A stretch of 64,000 nt of DNA from Marsupella aquatica (GCA_973895155.1 OZ316893.1:7154963-7218962); one strand, 5' to 3'. Shown: positions 50,513 to 63,612, counted from the first letter of the stretch. The notes: generated by a model not told the origin, from the sequence alone. Numbers and translations are program-made.

Positions 50513-53248
50513 ATGAAAATCTAGTGAGCAGCAATATCTTGTTAGTCTTGAAAATCGTTCGAGTCGAGATCAGAATCTTAACGTAAGAACGATAACTACA
50601 AGAGTTTTGTGAATGCTCCCAATGTCAAGGTAATTTTTACTTCTCTTTGTTTAGTAGTGGTCCAATTCTGCTTGCGGAGTATTACGTATGTCTATCTGAA
50701 GGGTGGAACAGGTCCGATGCGATTTGGATCCGGTCAGATATACTCACTCACGTAATTGATAGTGGTATGGAGTCTAGGACCACTCACAGGCGGCCAGGTA
50801 GAGTATGGATTGACGCTAAGTCGAAGCGACTCGCGATCTACTGCCTCGTTAGTTAAGAGAGTTTGTCATGCAGCTGTTGTAAGGAGAAACAAAGCAATGG
50901 TCATAAAAAGGTCTGAGTACTGACCATCTTTCAATCATTCTGCTCACTACGAAAAGACTCGATCGATTGCTTGTGATGATCATTTCTTAGATTTATCAAA
51001 CACGGCAAGTTGATTGTATATATGAATATACCGAAACATGAGAGGAAGAATCTTTGGTCATGTCTTGCTTTAGAAACTGAAATTATTCGTATGGAATCTG
51101 GTACTCGAGGTGATTGTTGATAGGCAAATTTTGGGCTCATGTGAGTAGATTAGCCTTCAGTATCGACGAGGTCGAGACTGTGGTATCCGAATTCACAACG
51201 TGAACTTTCTTCAACTAGGCCTTACAGCGTCCATACATTGTCCAATGGACCTTCATCACATCTATCACTGGAGCGGTTGAACATTGAGGGACTCGACGTC
51301 TAATTGGCGTGTTGAGAATTCAAGGATCGAGAGAATTATCTTTCGTGGAAAAATACTTAGAAACTACGAAGCCCGAGTCGCAAACATTTAAACATCTGAT
51401 CGAACTTCCACAGCGACCACGAGCCTGCCAACCGGTGCCAGACGTCACGTACAGCTAGTAGAGTGTGTGAACAGTCACAATGTTTCGTTACCTTACATTC
51501 TGTATTACAGATGATTGTAACTGTATGAGGCCTGCTACTTATCTCCAACCAGGCCTATAGTAGACTTTATTCCTGTTTAAATCACACTCGATTCTCATGA
51601 TCAAGATGCGGAGTACAGGGATTGTCCTAACCGTCGTCCAAGGCGTTGGCAGCTATGGAATGGACAACAAACCCAGAGGGTAGGTGGGCATGTAAGTCAT
51701 AGATTACTCTCCGCAATGGCAATAAACGTAAGTGTATCAGGATGCCGTCGACATAGAGTACTCTCTGCAATGGCAAACAAACGCATTGTGGGGTCTGTTA
51801 CGGAAAGGCGTCCTAAACAGAGGCGAAGTGTTCGAGGTGACTACTCAGATATATCCCCTTCAGCTCGTGAAGCAAACTCACGGCAGGTAGCTCCCTACAG
51901 TACTGTGGGGGCTAAGGAGACAAATTTGCCCAGGTGGGCTAAGTTACGGAACGGCATGGTGACGTACTAAGGGATGGCTAATGGTATCTAAGCTCAATAA
52001 ATATTTATATCAGGCACATGAGCGTTTCTTGTGCAGCCACCAATTCCGCACATTCCCCGAGTAAAAGGATCCAAGTCAGCACCACTGCATGTGGATCAAA
52101 TGCTTGATGTCATAAGCCATCCGTTCGTGTCATACAGTGGCAGTATTCGCAACACTAACAGGTAAATGAAAACTATGAATGGAATTGATGGTAACGTCTT
52201 CCTCCCTATTAGACGTAAACTGGAATTGAAGGTCACCCGGGCTGGAGGCCAGGTGCAGACCGACCTGCATCAATTTGGCTTGCGTTAGAGAGCTCTAGTG
52301 TATTGGAGTAGGCCGTCATTGACGCCTCCTGCGAAACGTGTACAAATGATTTCTGGTCTTGAATATGCCTTAGAAGCTTCTTTTGGAGAGTTTTAGTATC
52401 TCCAAAACTTGAACATCACTCGGTCTCCAGGCCAGGTATATTTCTCAAAAGTTCCAGAGCAAATTTCTCGGGCCATGCCAGCTCAGAAAATTCTGTGAGT
52501 CAATGGTCTGAGAAAAGAGAGTACTGACATCACTGCTGCTCTGCAAAGCATGAACCTACTTACCGTAGCAGTCCCAGTAGTGCTATGACCAAAACTAAGC
52601 CCTCAACTCTCATATGAATCTGTACTGTACTTCATCGGTATATACATCTGTGGATAACCTCTCAGGCAGAGGAATTTTTCCGTTTCGATTCACATGATTG
52701 AAAAGTTTCTCCGAAGGACACTTTGCATTTACATCAATATTAGAATTTTGCTCCGACGGAGTTGCTCCAATAGAAATACAGAAGTCTCAAACATGGGTCC
52801 TATTTGAAAATGGCCAGGTGCGTGACACTTCAAACCAGAATTCCAGACTTCTCTAGATCAGAGATCCCCGCTGATAGAACCGTGACAGTCCGGGTGCAAT
52901 GAGTAGACGACGTTTGTAGTTTCGTCAGCGGAGGTCGACTCAAATACTTGGACTCTCGAGACATGACGCTTCTGCTGCATTGAGCAGAGGACGTTTTGGC
53001 CCGTGTTTGCGTTTGGTGAGCGGTGAGCAAGGAAGATCTCCCAACTTGGACACTTCGAAAGGTCACTGAATTCGTCATGGATTGGTTGATCAGTAAAAAA
53101 GCGTTTTCACTATCGTGTTCCAGGTTCAGACCAAAACAACAGCACATATCGAAGCACCAACATGAAACCCGATTGTCTGTTCAATGCTTCCGACAATGTC
53201 ATGTTTTCAGGAACCGTTCTTCGAATTTCTAGTTTCACCTGCGATAGT

Positions 53249-56200
53249 TTAAGTATTAGGACCCTTGGCATCCACATTTTCCACATCATTTAGATCAGAC
53301 TCTCCTTCTGGTTTTTCGTCAAGAATGATTTCCAAATCCTGCTCAGCAATGAGTCGCCCAGACTGACGCAGACCTTCCTTGTTGTCCATAAAAAAATATA
53401 GGAGACCAATTGGTACCACTATCACCACCAAGGTATAAATGAAAGTGCTGCGCAAGTCACCTGTGTATTGAACCATAATTGCCACGACGAAAGGCCCCAC
53501 CCAAGCGCTTCCCCGTGAGCTCAGGGACCACAAAGAAAACATAGCTCCCTCGGATCCGATCGGGATGAGATCGATAAATAACGTCCGAGAGTAAGAAAGC
53601 AAAGCCCCAAGACACGCGCCGTACCAACAAGAGAAAATGAATGCCTCAGAAGCGTGCTTCAGTCCAAAAGATCCTCGTGGAGTGAAGTAACCAATAATCC
53701 CATACATAGGAAGAACACTCAGTATAACGAGACCCAAAATGAGCATCCGGCTGTTGTCCCATTTGAATTTTCTCTGTACGTAACCAAAGATGGGATTGCC
53801 AACGAATGCAAAGAGATTGACGATAACTGCAATAGCAGCCAGCTCCGGAGTGCTCATGCAAAGCTCTTGCTGAGCAAACAAAATGCCCACCTGAATCACT
53901 GTGGTGTACCCATCTGAGAAGATGAAGAAAATGACGAGAAATCTCCAAGCGTATTTATGCTTTTTGGACTCCTTCATCAACTCCCATACTTGTATCCATC
54001 CCAGCCAAGGAGTAGCCTTCACGGGCAACGGCGGTCGTGGCCTTCTCTTCAACCACAACAAGGAGGGGACGTAACCAACAAGCCACCACACACCTCCAAT
54101 AAGGCAAGCTATCCTCAAAATGAGCTCTGTGCTGATGTTCGGAATTAGAGCAAAAACAAAGGAGATCATCACACAAACAGCACCAAGAATAGCTCCAATA
54201 GTGATCCCCGTCAATGAAATCTGGTTTTCAACCCTAAACCGGATGATCTGTTGATGAGTTTCTGATAAAGTCTTCGCTTCATGCATCTCCGGGGTTGCAT
54301 CCGTCAAGAGAGGAAGATAGGTGTTGTATGCAATGTACGAAAGCCCATATCCAACATTTGCTATAACACAAAGCACTCCTCCCACCCACCACAACTCTGG
54401 TTTGTAGACGGCAAAGCACAGCATACATGCCACAGAGCCGATTATGGTATTGACGGTCATCACAGTTTTGCGACGGTCTCCATAATCTATCAGTGGCCCC
54501 GCAGACAAGAATGTGACCAGCTGGAAAATCACCGAGATTCCCAGCGCAAGCGTCGTGAATGAGACGGGATTGATGCCGATAGAACCAAAGTACACTCTCA
54601 ATCTCGGCAAGTCTACTAACCTGCAGACGCAGACGGTGTAGGATGTGAATAGCCAGAGCAAACTTCATCAAAGAACCTTTGTTGTGGTTCACAACCATGT
54701 GAAATGATCGTTCTCACTCACATCCGAAAATGGTGGTCTGTGCATGAGTGAGATTCCTAGTTTGGGACCAGGGCATCTGATCTTCCTCACTAGATAATCA
54801 CCTATTTGCTGACCTTTTGTTCTGCCCTGCAATTCTGAAATCTGGTTCGTCTTGTACATTGTGGTCCTGGTGACCACGTGGGTAAAATGGCCCCTTGAGA
54901 TCCATCAGAAACAGAATTCGTTCGTTCGCTCGGTAGTATATCACTCAATCATGTCCCTAAAATTACCAACAAAGCTTAAGAAAGAAAGAAACTAACAGAA
55001 ATCGCTGGGGCAACGCTGGGGTAACTAGGGTAGACGAAATCGGAGCAACCACACTATTATGGAGTCAAGTGCTCGAGGATGAGAATGAGCCTTACCCTGA
55101 CGGTGTCAAAAGCCGGTCACCATATCCAGGATCGCATTTCAGACAATTTACTGGGTGTTTGTCATCACAAGGGAAAGGAGTTTCACGCCCCAGCTCTCTC
55201 CATCCTTGATCCGTAGCTACAGTAACCAGGAGAAGGGGCAGAAAAATTGGAAGAATGGAGCCGCTGAACCCAGAAGAAGCAGCTTCAAACAAGTACCATC
55301 CCCAAAGTTCTTTCTTGGTCGTCAAGGGTTCCTCGATCGTTGTTGAGCCTGTCTCGACTTGTTGCAAGCGTGATGCCGGAAGTCTGGTGGCAGCTTCTCC
55401 CACAGAACCCGTGGCCTCTCTGATAAGTGGTGTCTCATCAAGTGCTTGATACTGATCCGCATCTGGTCTGCATCTCGAAACATTTCGTCCAGGAAATTGC
55501 AGCAAGGATCCGGAATGAGATTTGCAAACCGAAGGACGAAAACACTATTCAAAATAGGCACAAACACTAGTCGTGCTCAATGTTTCTTGTCTGTAGAAGA
55601 AATTCACCAATTTGACTCTATCTTATATATGTGTACATGATATATCGACCGATATGAAACAGCGTCGTAATGCAGATGGCGATAAAGAAAACACCATCTT
55701 GAGCTCTGTAATTTGGTGAATCGGGTGTCGCTGGTTTGAAGCCAAGACCACCAGTCAGAGTAGAACAGGATTACTCCAGGAAAAAACAAAAGAATGCACT
55801 TAATGGGAGAAGAGATTTCGAGTGACACTTACGAAAAAGGGAATATGACATGGTAATCCTATCCAGCTTGCAAAAGGTTTGTTCGATTCTTGGGTATCAA
55901 GAGCTTGTGAGAACATTACATTGCTATTCTGTTTTTGCTGCAGAAAGCAGCGCCGTCTTATTTCATTACAGTAATTGCTTTGGAAAACTTGAAGGTCCAC
56001 ATTGCATTGCCAGACAGACTGAGACACAGAATCTCAGTCTTGCTCTGATCACAGAACCTAGGTCAAAACTGAAAAAAGGTTCTTTGCACATGATCCGGGA
56101 TGCAAACAAATCAGAGGTTTAGGTTTTGGAAGAGTCCGCCCGTGCTTAAAACGTCTTAAACGCGTTGATGTGTTCAATTTTCTAGACTTCCTCGGAGTCC

Positions 56201-56432
56201 TCAAGAAAACAGGGCAAACAGAATTTTGTAGACAGAGGAGACAACGAGGAAATGACCCCCGTCGGGACGATCTCGAACAGGACGCAGATATAGATTCCTG
56301 CTCTGTCCCCGTTAGTCAGTCCATTTTGCTTCAGTTCTTCATGAGACCTGGTGTGGAAATCGGACAATACGAAAGATATGTCACACGAAGACGTCACCTG
56401 GAACGGGAAACATCCTTCTTGTGCTGCATCAT
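53249..56432 (-). CDS. ATG22/UMF1-family MFS transporter (vacuolar amino-acid efflux-like); 3 exons, ~592 aa
   Basis: Exons 56432-56398 (MMQHKKDVSRS, donor AG|GTGACG), 55467-55096 (acceptor TGCAG|, donor GG|GTAAGG) and 54620-53249 (acceptor CTGCAG|) total 1779 nt, in frame. Motifs: KELWGWYLFEAASSGF, GPLIDYGDRRK, YNTYLP, WRFLVIFFIFSDGYTT, SYSRTLFIDLIPIGSEGAMFSLW..RGSAWVGP. About 12 hydrophobic segments. The first small exon is inferred. Confidence 0.88.
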
Positions 56433-59419
56433 GATGCAGCTCGTGGGCCCCGCCTTTGCAACGCTTACACAGACTCGGAGACTCAATCTATCCTTCAGGC
56501 TAACGAAGATCCTCGCCAACACAGGCTGCTCAGAATTCCCCTTTACTCTGCATCCAAACGATAGAAAGAAAGAAAGAGGACCGTCAATAAACAAAACCAT
56601 TAGCCTGAACAGAATCCCAACAGTGGACATAACAAGACAGCTTATAAACAACTTCAAATCGAATTTCATCATCTACACAACCCTCCTCACTGCAACGAAA
56701 GTCTATCTAAGATTGATTCTACTTTAGTGAAGTCGCCACTGCCAGTCAATGTCTTCTTAGCGTCTAATCAGGTGGCAGTGACATTCCGACCTCAAAAGGT
56801 CCCGAAAGTGCAATCCACGCCATCACATTAAACGAAGGAACGGGGAAGGAAAGAACTTGCCAGGGATCCATCATCCATGTCACAATGCGTAGAGCAGGGG
56901 CCGACACCCCAACTGGTCAGCGATCTGGGAATGCTCTGCACATAAAGCCTCAGCGAGATTGTCGGTGTGAAGATGCGCTCAAAGTGACCGACACCAACTC
57001 AAGCCATCGCAACTCATGAAATCATTCCGTTTCCACTTCAGATTCTGCTCAGCGAGTGCCAAGATGGAAAACTTCACGAACGTGCGATTTCCATTGATTC
57101 CTAGAGGATTGGAATGATGGATCAAATTGTACAAGATGTATATCCGTAGAACTCATGACCGACTTCAAATTGGATCTCCCCCGCAGCTCATCACGACAGA
57201 ATGATTCAAACTCGTTCACTTCGGTCGAAGGAGTAAATTGTTTTATCGTCCCTTCAACATTTTTCTCTATATATTCGGGACCTTCTTGAATATTTCTCTT
57301 TGTGTCTTTTCCTTCACTTGGGAGATTTGTCCTCTAAGTTACTGGATTTATCCTCTTAGTCGACAATTGGCATTTTCTTTTACATTGCTATATGGCCAAT
57401 ATGGCCAATAGTACACCTTGGAGAATTTTCTCGTACCCATAATTTTGAGTTGTGTGTTTTTATTTCAATGTGCCATAACAAGTTGTGTTATTTGTATGAT
57501 TCAGATTTTAAATTATTTTGGTATAAATGCATCCATGCCAATTAGCAAATTTTGGCCAATGGAGAAATTTCTATCTATTCTGGTGAATGAGAAAGAAATG
57601 TTATGATAACCTCCTTATTGTTTTAAGTTCTTCTCATACTTTTGTTTCTTAAGTCTAGTATTTATATTATCCTTACCTAAGGCAAGTGAGGATCTTATGT
57701 AGGACTTGTGTGCACTACTTTTGATTGATTTGAGTGTCATTAGGGTAAATGAGAAATTGTATCTTATGTGCACAACTTTTCAAGGGTTGTGCACTTGTAT
57801 TCAGTACAATTATGAATACAATGTCCATGTTGACACTGATTATAATTGTACTGGTACATTTAGTTCTGCAGCTAGCTTGGGTCTTCCCAAAACTTAGTGC
57901 TCACTTAGAACTCAGAACCAGCAAGCCCGCCTCACTCAATGTAACTTCACAAGCAGAAATGAATTGTAGTATGCCCAAAGTCCCATGCACAGTGACCAAA
58001 ACTTAATGAGAACGTGCTCCAGCATGTTTTGCATATTCCTTATTCCACTTAAACCACACCTGCCAGTATAAAAGCCCCATGCCCTCCCTTGCTACTCTCA
58101 TTTTTGTCCTGTGATAAATAGTGTCTCACCATAAAAGGTGGAGCACTTGCCAATAAAAAAGGTTTTGCACCCACAACTTTTTGTGAAGCTCAAGTCCATT
58201 CCTGAACTTGTGCACTTTATGACAAGAGCTCCAGGTAACTTGTAGCTCTTATAGGGGTACTAGGTGTGGTTTAGATTGCCCAAAAGCAATGAATTCAGAG
58301 TTCACAAAGTAATATATATCTCTCCCCCCTTGCGTAAACTCTATCTCTCCCCCCTTGCCGTACTTAGCTCAAGCCCAGCACCATTGCGCCCTCCCCAGCT
58401 ATGCACAACGCAGCCCCCTAATAAGCTACAAGGACATAGACTGAACAGTACAAATACACAAAGGATCGGGGAACTTTGGATCATTTCTTTGATAGACAAT
58501 AAATTGTAGTATACTATCAGGGACCATCAATTACAAAACCTAGTTGTCTTGTAGGCCACTCCCTCACAAAGGAAGGTGGTTCAATATGATGTACAACCTA
58601 ACAACCTAACAAGGTTAGATAAATTAATAAATAAAAATTCAACAAAATATTTTATGCAATTTGTTAATTATGGGAAAGCCAGAAAACATGGTTACATTAG
58701 GTTTATTTGACCCCCCACTCTTTGTTGTTTGGATTTCATTTCCATTTTTCACTATCCATTTTTTCTTTTCCACTTTCCATTTTTCTGACATTTTTACCAT
58801 TCCCCGGTCTAACCATTTTAGCTGACATTGCAACAAACACAAATGGGCCTGTCTGGTTTTTGCCTCAAACATCATTATCCCTGTTTGCAGCATGAACCAT
58901 TATTGTGGTAGAATCTCATGCCAGAATTTTGGCAAAGAACTTATCATGGGGGTCTGTACAGGAAAATCATTTCTTGTGCCACAAAACTGGTGGAAATAAA
59001 TCCCAAAAGTCCAGTATATTAATTATCAGGTTGCCCCCCATTTTGTACAAGGGTACGTTGCCTTAACTAAACTATACCGAGATGACATGTACGTGATTCA
59101 TCTCCAGATATAAATCACCACTAGGATGGACTCTTTAGGAACATTCTTTGAAACATTGTGGCAAACCTAGCGGTCCATCCCAGCTGCATTTGCTGTGTTG
59201 TTTCGTGCAGATGACCGATTGTTTGTAATAATGTGTTTAGGAAATCTGTTAACATGCATTTCAATCAATATCCCCATTCTTTGCTTACAAGGATATAGCT
59301 TTATGACAAAAGCCCATAATTTGGAAGGACTGAAGGAGCTCGCAAGCTTGAATTAGTAATCAATGATGGCTTACTGTTAAGTATTCACTTTGGATTCTGC
59401 AGAAAATCTGCCATTTGAT

Positions 59420-59900
59420 GCTTTGGTTAGTTGGCCAGGGGATTGGTCTAGAACCGAGAGATCCCAGGTTCAATCCCCCCCCTCCACACGCATCCGTTGT
59501 GTGGAGGGTATGTGTCTGTGGGTGGAGTGTAGTGCTGGGAGTCTTGGTTTGTCCTCAACCTCTGGCTGGCATGCTTTGGGGCTCTGGTTCAACACTCTCT
59601 CCCTCCTGGTCTAGGACCTTGTCAGATCCTAAATTTGGGGCTCTGGTTCAACATTCTCCCTCCTGGTCTAGGTCCATGTTGGACCCCCTTGTGGCTACCC
59701 TTTGTGGCATTACCCTACAGAGCCAAGTTTGGGGCTCTGGTTCAACATTCTCCCTCCTGGTCTAGGTCCATGTTGGATCCTAGGTATGACCCCCTTGTGG
59801 CTACCCTTTGTGGCATTACCCTACAGAGCCGCATGCTCCGGAGTTCATTGTGCATCCTCTATTGGATGGGTCAGCCTACAATTTCAAGGCAAAAAAAGAA
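59420..59900 (+). mobile_element. tRNA-derived SINE, copy 2 (best preserved, with internal tandem duplications)
   Basis: A box TGGTTAGTTGG (59424-59434), B box GGTTCAATCC (59467-59476), hairpin CCCTCCACAC/GTGTGGAGGG, three copies of TTTGGGGCTCTGGTTCAACA..TCCCTCCTGGTCTAGG, and a 3' TTTCAAGGC-A7 tail. Confidence 0.82.
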
Positions 59901-59954
59901 GTGCGGCCATGGGATGCTCACACTTCCCCAGTGTTCTCTTCTTTTACCTCGTTG

Positions 59955-60078
59955 GGCCCCCAAAGTTTGAGATAACTACAATACCTTTTCTCAGGATGCT
60001 GTGGAACGGCGAATGGGGCCCCAGAGTTTGAGATAACTACAGTACCTTCTCTCAGGATACCGAGGAACGGCGAATGAG
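59955..60078 (+). repeat. Tandem duplication of ~61 bp
   Basis: Two copies of AGTTTGAGATAACTACA.TACCTT.TCTCAGGAT.C.G.GGAACGGCGAATG. Confidence 0.9.
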
Positions 60079-61135
60079 TTCTTGCCTTTAGAGTATACGG
60101 ACAGCTGTGACCGCTAAACGAACACCAACACTAAATTGCGGCCGTCTAGTCTGCAGAACTTCATCGTACTCTTAAGAGTTTCATGAGAGTCATGGACATT
60201 CCTTGAGGAAATCTGCGAAGATAGACTTTTGTGGAAGCATGCTAGTTTGAAAGCGGGGACATGTCATGGAATGCTGTTGTTGTTATGCACATTTCTTCAT
60301 TTTTATTAATTGGTCAGCAGTGAGCATATAAATTTACAGACACATGGAGTGTCCCGTTAGGCGTTTGCAGGAGATTCTACCAGTAGAAACGACAATTTGA
60401 TGCATAGGGACGATTCTATGGTATGGCATTTATGGAGCATTCTCGCACAAGTGCGTACACCCCCGTAAATAGTCTGACTTGATTGATTCCAAAGTTGAAT
60501 TTGAGACAAAGACAATGCAAGTAATTACGTGCCATGTGCGATATGCCATGGACTATTTGAATCACCTGTTCATTCTGTACAACGGTCTAAACTTTGGCTG
60601 GGCCTCATACCATCTAAATGGGATCAAACCCTGAATCAGAAGAAACATTGCCCGGAGTCTGTCAATCAGGATGACTTCAATTTCCTGAAACTAGAATTTC
60701 AATTCAATCGTAACTACAACAGGAAACAAACGAGCTGATCAGTAAGGCGAGGCTGGCATAGCAATGATATAAATACTATGCTCCACATCAAGCTCCCTTT
60801 TCACTTGAATGAACTTGTGAGTGCCGAAATACTTGAAGCCAGTACGCACTCAAGACCCTGCCCAGTAAGTGCAGAAACGTTGCACACTTTAATTCACTGT
60901 GCCAAACTGCTAGGCAAGAACTTTGACGAGAGGATTGCGAATAAAGCGATCCTGTCAGCCTACTTTCTAAAACTGCACGATCAGTACAACAGTTATTGGG
61001 CATTCCCAAAAGCAGGTAACACAGTACAATGAGCGTTGTATCCTTCCTTTCATGGGCCCTGATATGCTTCAGCATGTTAGTCTTTCTCAAAATTGGGCAG
61101 GGTATCTTTAAAGGGTTGGTAGCTGCTGTAATCGG

Positions 61136-62737
61136 TTAGGCAGATGCTGACCTACCATCAGGCACAGGAGATGGATTCGTAGGTTCTTGAAGCTCCACAC
61201 CGTTCACCGTTGATTGAGATTCAGGGTGTAGATGAGGAGCTTGGTCAGGTGTTTCGCTCCTGTTAAGAAACCGTCCTATGAGCCCTCTCAAAAATGGGGC
61301 CATTGTAACTGGCTCGTATTCGTGGTAGTACATAATTCCACCCATGCAAAAGCAAAACAGAGCAACTTCGGCATTGTTGATGTCTGGGAGCAGGTGCCTG
61401 TTCACGAGTGTGTACCACAGAGAGTCTGCTGCACGTGGAAGTGTGTACAGAGCCAATTCTGAACGGCGGCTTTTCTTTTCAATGAGAACTGCCAAAGCAG
61501 CAACAGCTCCACCAATGAAGTAGACACTTTTGTGATCCTTGGTCATTACTTTCCGTTGAGCGCAGACGAATGCCTGATACCATCCCACAAACGCTGAGAG
61601 GAAGCATGTTGAACGAATTGCACCTTTAAGCGCATTCCAGAAGATATGAAGTGGAGCATCCACAAACTTCTGTCTATTGAGCACCACGAAAGGTACGAAC
61701 GTCAAAGATAAATAGAGCGGAAAAGTCTTCTTGAATACTGCTCTTGTTGATCTGCTGTTATGGGAAAGACACGAAGGATTGTTAGCGTGTACAATATGGC
61801 AAGGTATAATATCGGCGTAGGGATCCAAACCAACCAATGGACGTCCTGTTTTGATTTTGACCCATTTGGATAGTGACTCCAGATCAATGGGTCCACCCCT
61901 GCAGTTCTCACGCACGGCTTTTAGGCTCGGCTTCGATATGGGACTGGTCTTCAAAATGAATTCCAAGTAGGACTCCGGCAAGGTCTCTGGTCGCATGACA
62001 AATGCGTACATTACTTGGGCACACGATAACGAGAAAAGCAGAGTATCTCCATGTTCCCATTTACTACCCCAGAAGTGAAACTTGTTCTTTGCCTTGGCCG
62101 AATTGTATGCACACTGCGCCAGTCTAGCGAACAGGTAGAGAGCAAATGTGCGCCTCCGCTGTGGACCATCCAGAGCAAGAATCGACAAACCGGCCACGCT
62201 GCCAGCTAGGAACACGTTCAGGGGAGGGTCCCCATTAGATTTCCTCCTCAGGAAGCAGCGAATGGCATGATAGCCACCAGTGAATCCCCCGAAGAATAAA
62301 CCATAGCGGCAAGCCTCCTCCCGAACAATAAGGTTTTTCTCGTTCAGGAGCAGATTCAAGTTTAGAAACGAGTAGTGGGGACGCCTTCGTGCAAGCTTGA
62401 AGGCTCTCAGTATCACTCCAATACCAAGGCGCACGCCATATGCAAGCATGAAGCTCCGACAGAGACAACTGACCGAGTGTGCCACACAAGAATCTCCATG
62501 CGTACACAGCGGATGCCGACCACTGAGAACGGGATTGTGTGGAGCTGTCTCGACGCCATCCTTATGGAGATGTGCTATTGCGTCTCTTAGACGAGCCTCA
62601 GCCTCCAGGAGCCTTTTCTCAGCGTCCGCTTTCTCAAATGCAGCCTCGGTAGCCCGTTCGTGGGCAAAAACATCCGTCGGGTCCGGTCCTCCTCTTGCCA
62701 GACGTCTCCCACTCACAACTCTCTTCGGAGCTGCCAT
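61136..62737 (-). CDS. TMEM135: TMEM135-family (Tim17/22/PMP24 superfamily) membrane protein, ~533 aa, intronless CDS
   Basis: First ATG at 62737 (MAAPK). Motifs: REEACRYGLFFGGFTGGYH, RRRTFALYLFAR, HGDTLLFSLSCAQVMYAFVMRPETLPESY, IIPCHIVH, AIRSTCFLSAF, IEKKSRRSELALYTLPRA. Confidence 0.92.
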   Translation of the reverse strand: MAAPKRVVSGRRLARGGPDPTDVFAHERATEAAFEKADAEKRLLEAEARLRDAIAHLHKDGVETAPHNPVLSGRHPLCTHGDSCVAHSVSCLCRSFMLAYGVRLGIGVILRAFKLARRRPHYSFLNLNLLLNEKNLIVREEACRYGLFFGGFTGGYHAIRCFLRRKSNGDPPLNVFLAGSVAGLSILALDGPQRRRTFALYLFARLAQCAYNSAKAKNKFHFWGSKWEHGDTLLFSLSCAQVMYAFVMRPETLPESYLEFILKTSPISKPSLKAVRENCRGGPIDLESLSKWVKIKTGRPLVGLDPYADIIPCHIVHANNPSCLSHNSRSTRAVFKKTFPLYLSLTFVPFVVLNRQKFVDAPLHIFWNALKGAIRSTCFLSAFVGWYQAFVCAQRKVMTKDHKSVYFIGGAVAALAVLIEKKSRRSELALYTLPRAADSLWYTLVNRHLLPDINNAEVALFCFCMGGIMYYHEYEPVTMAPFLRGLIGRFLNRSETPDQAPHLHPESQSTVNGVELQEPTNPSPVPDGRSASA

Positions 62738-62800
62738 CCATAACAACACTTGTCCTCTTCGAAAGTCCTCTGCTACTCATCTAACCCCACATCGCCTTGC

Positions 62801-63168
62801 CTGCAGCAGAGATCGCCAAGTTCAAGAAGACCAATCCGTGATCAAAACCCTACGTCCATTCCAGATCACTGCTGCCAGCGAGACAACCAACGCTCCTCTT
62901 TTCCCAATCGCATCCACGGAAAGCAAATGGAGAAGCGCCACTTCTACAGTCTCTCGAAGGCTGGCTTGAACGTCCTTGCTGTCGACAATCTCGAGGGAGG
63001 GTTTCCGATTCAAGGACGTCAATCCCAAATCGGATCCAGATGCAATAAAATCTTTCGATAACGACCTTTCACAGCATTGAGAAAGGACTACTGTCCTTGT
63101 GTACGATTGAATGCTATAGCGCAATGGCGGTGAGCTGACTCGCAAATCAAGACAAGACTGAAAAATAC
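62801..63168 (-). other. Probable 5'-UTR intron of the TMEM135 gene
   Basis: Donor GAG|GTATTT at 63168 and acceptor TCTGCTGCAG| at 62801, ~63 nt upstream of the ATG. Confidence 0.45.
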
Positions 63169-63302
63169 CTCAGCAGCCGACATGTGAGAAACGAAGAAGA
63201 CCCTCTCATCAACTGTCCGCGCATCGCATATCCGTCTCCGCCAACGTGCTGCTGCACAGCTCGTACACTCTCTCTCCTCCTTCCGCTCCTTCCAGCAGAA
63301 AG

Positions 63303-63612
63303 AAAATCGCTCCTTGTCAACAGCACCGCCAAACTGTTCGCCACCAGAACTCAAACAAGAACCGTGAATCTCCTAAATTTCAGAGCAATTTCACTGCAGA
63401 TGGTGGTGCCGTGTACGCAGGCGTACCCAACTCCTCCTCCTCCTCCTCCTCTCTGCTCTACAAAATCGCTCCTCGTCAACAGCACCGCCCAGCTGATCGC
63501 CACAAAAGCTCAAAGAAGAACCTGAAGCTCGTCCATTTCAGAGCAATTTCACTGCAGCAGGAGGTGCCGTGTAAGCAGAGGCACGCCGCCTCCTCTCCAC
63601 TCCTCTCCTCCT
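63303..63612. repeat. Tandem duplication of ~159 bp in the TMEM135 promoter/5' region
   Basis: Two copies of AAAATCGCTCCT.GTCAACAGCACCGCC..ATTTCAGAGCAATTTCACTGCAG..GGTGCCGTGTA.GCAG, each followed by a (CCT)-rich tract. Confidence 0.9.

Noticed and set aside
59420-59490. Functional tRNA gene
   Set aside because: The acceptor and anticodon stems are broken, and the head continues into a shared body and A tail, so it is a SINE.
49852-62737. Dabb + ATG22 + TMEM135 as a functional gene cluster
   Set aside because: The families are unrelated, with mixed orientation, kb-scale gaps and no shared upstream motif visible. Synteny or co-expression data would be needed.
62397-62969. 190-aa plus-strand ORF and other ORFs overlapping real genes
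   Set aside because: These are antisense or alternate-frame shadows of the TMEM135, ATG22, SGNH and small-protein CDSs.
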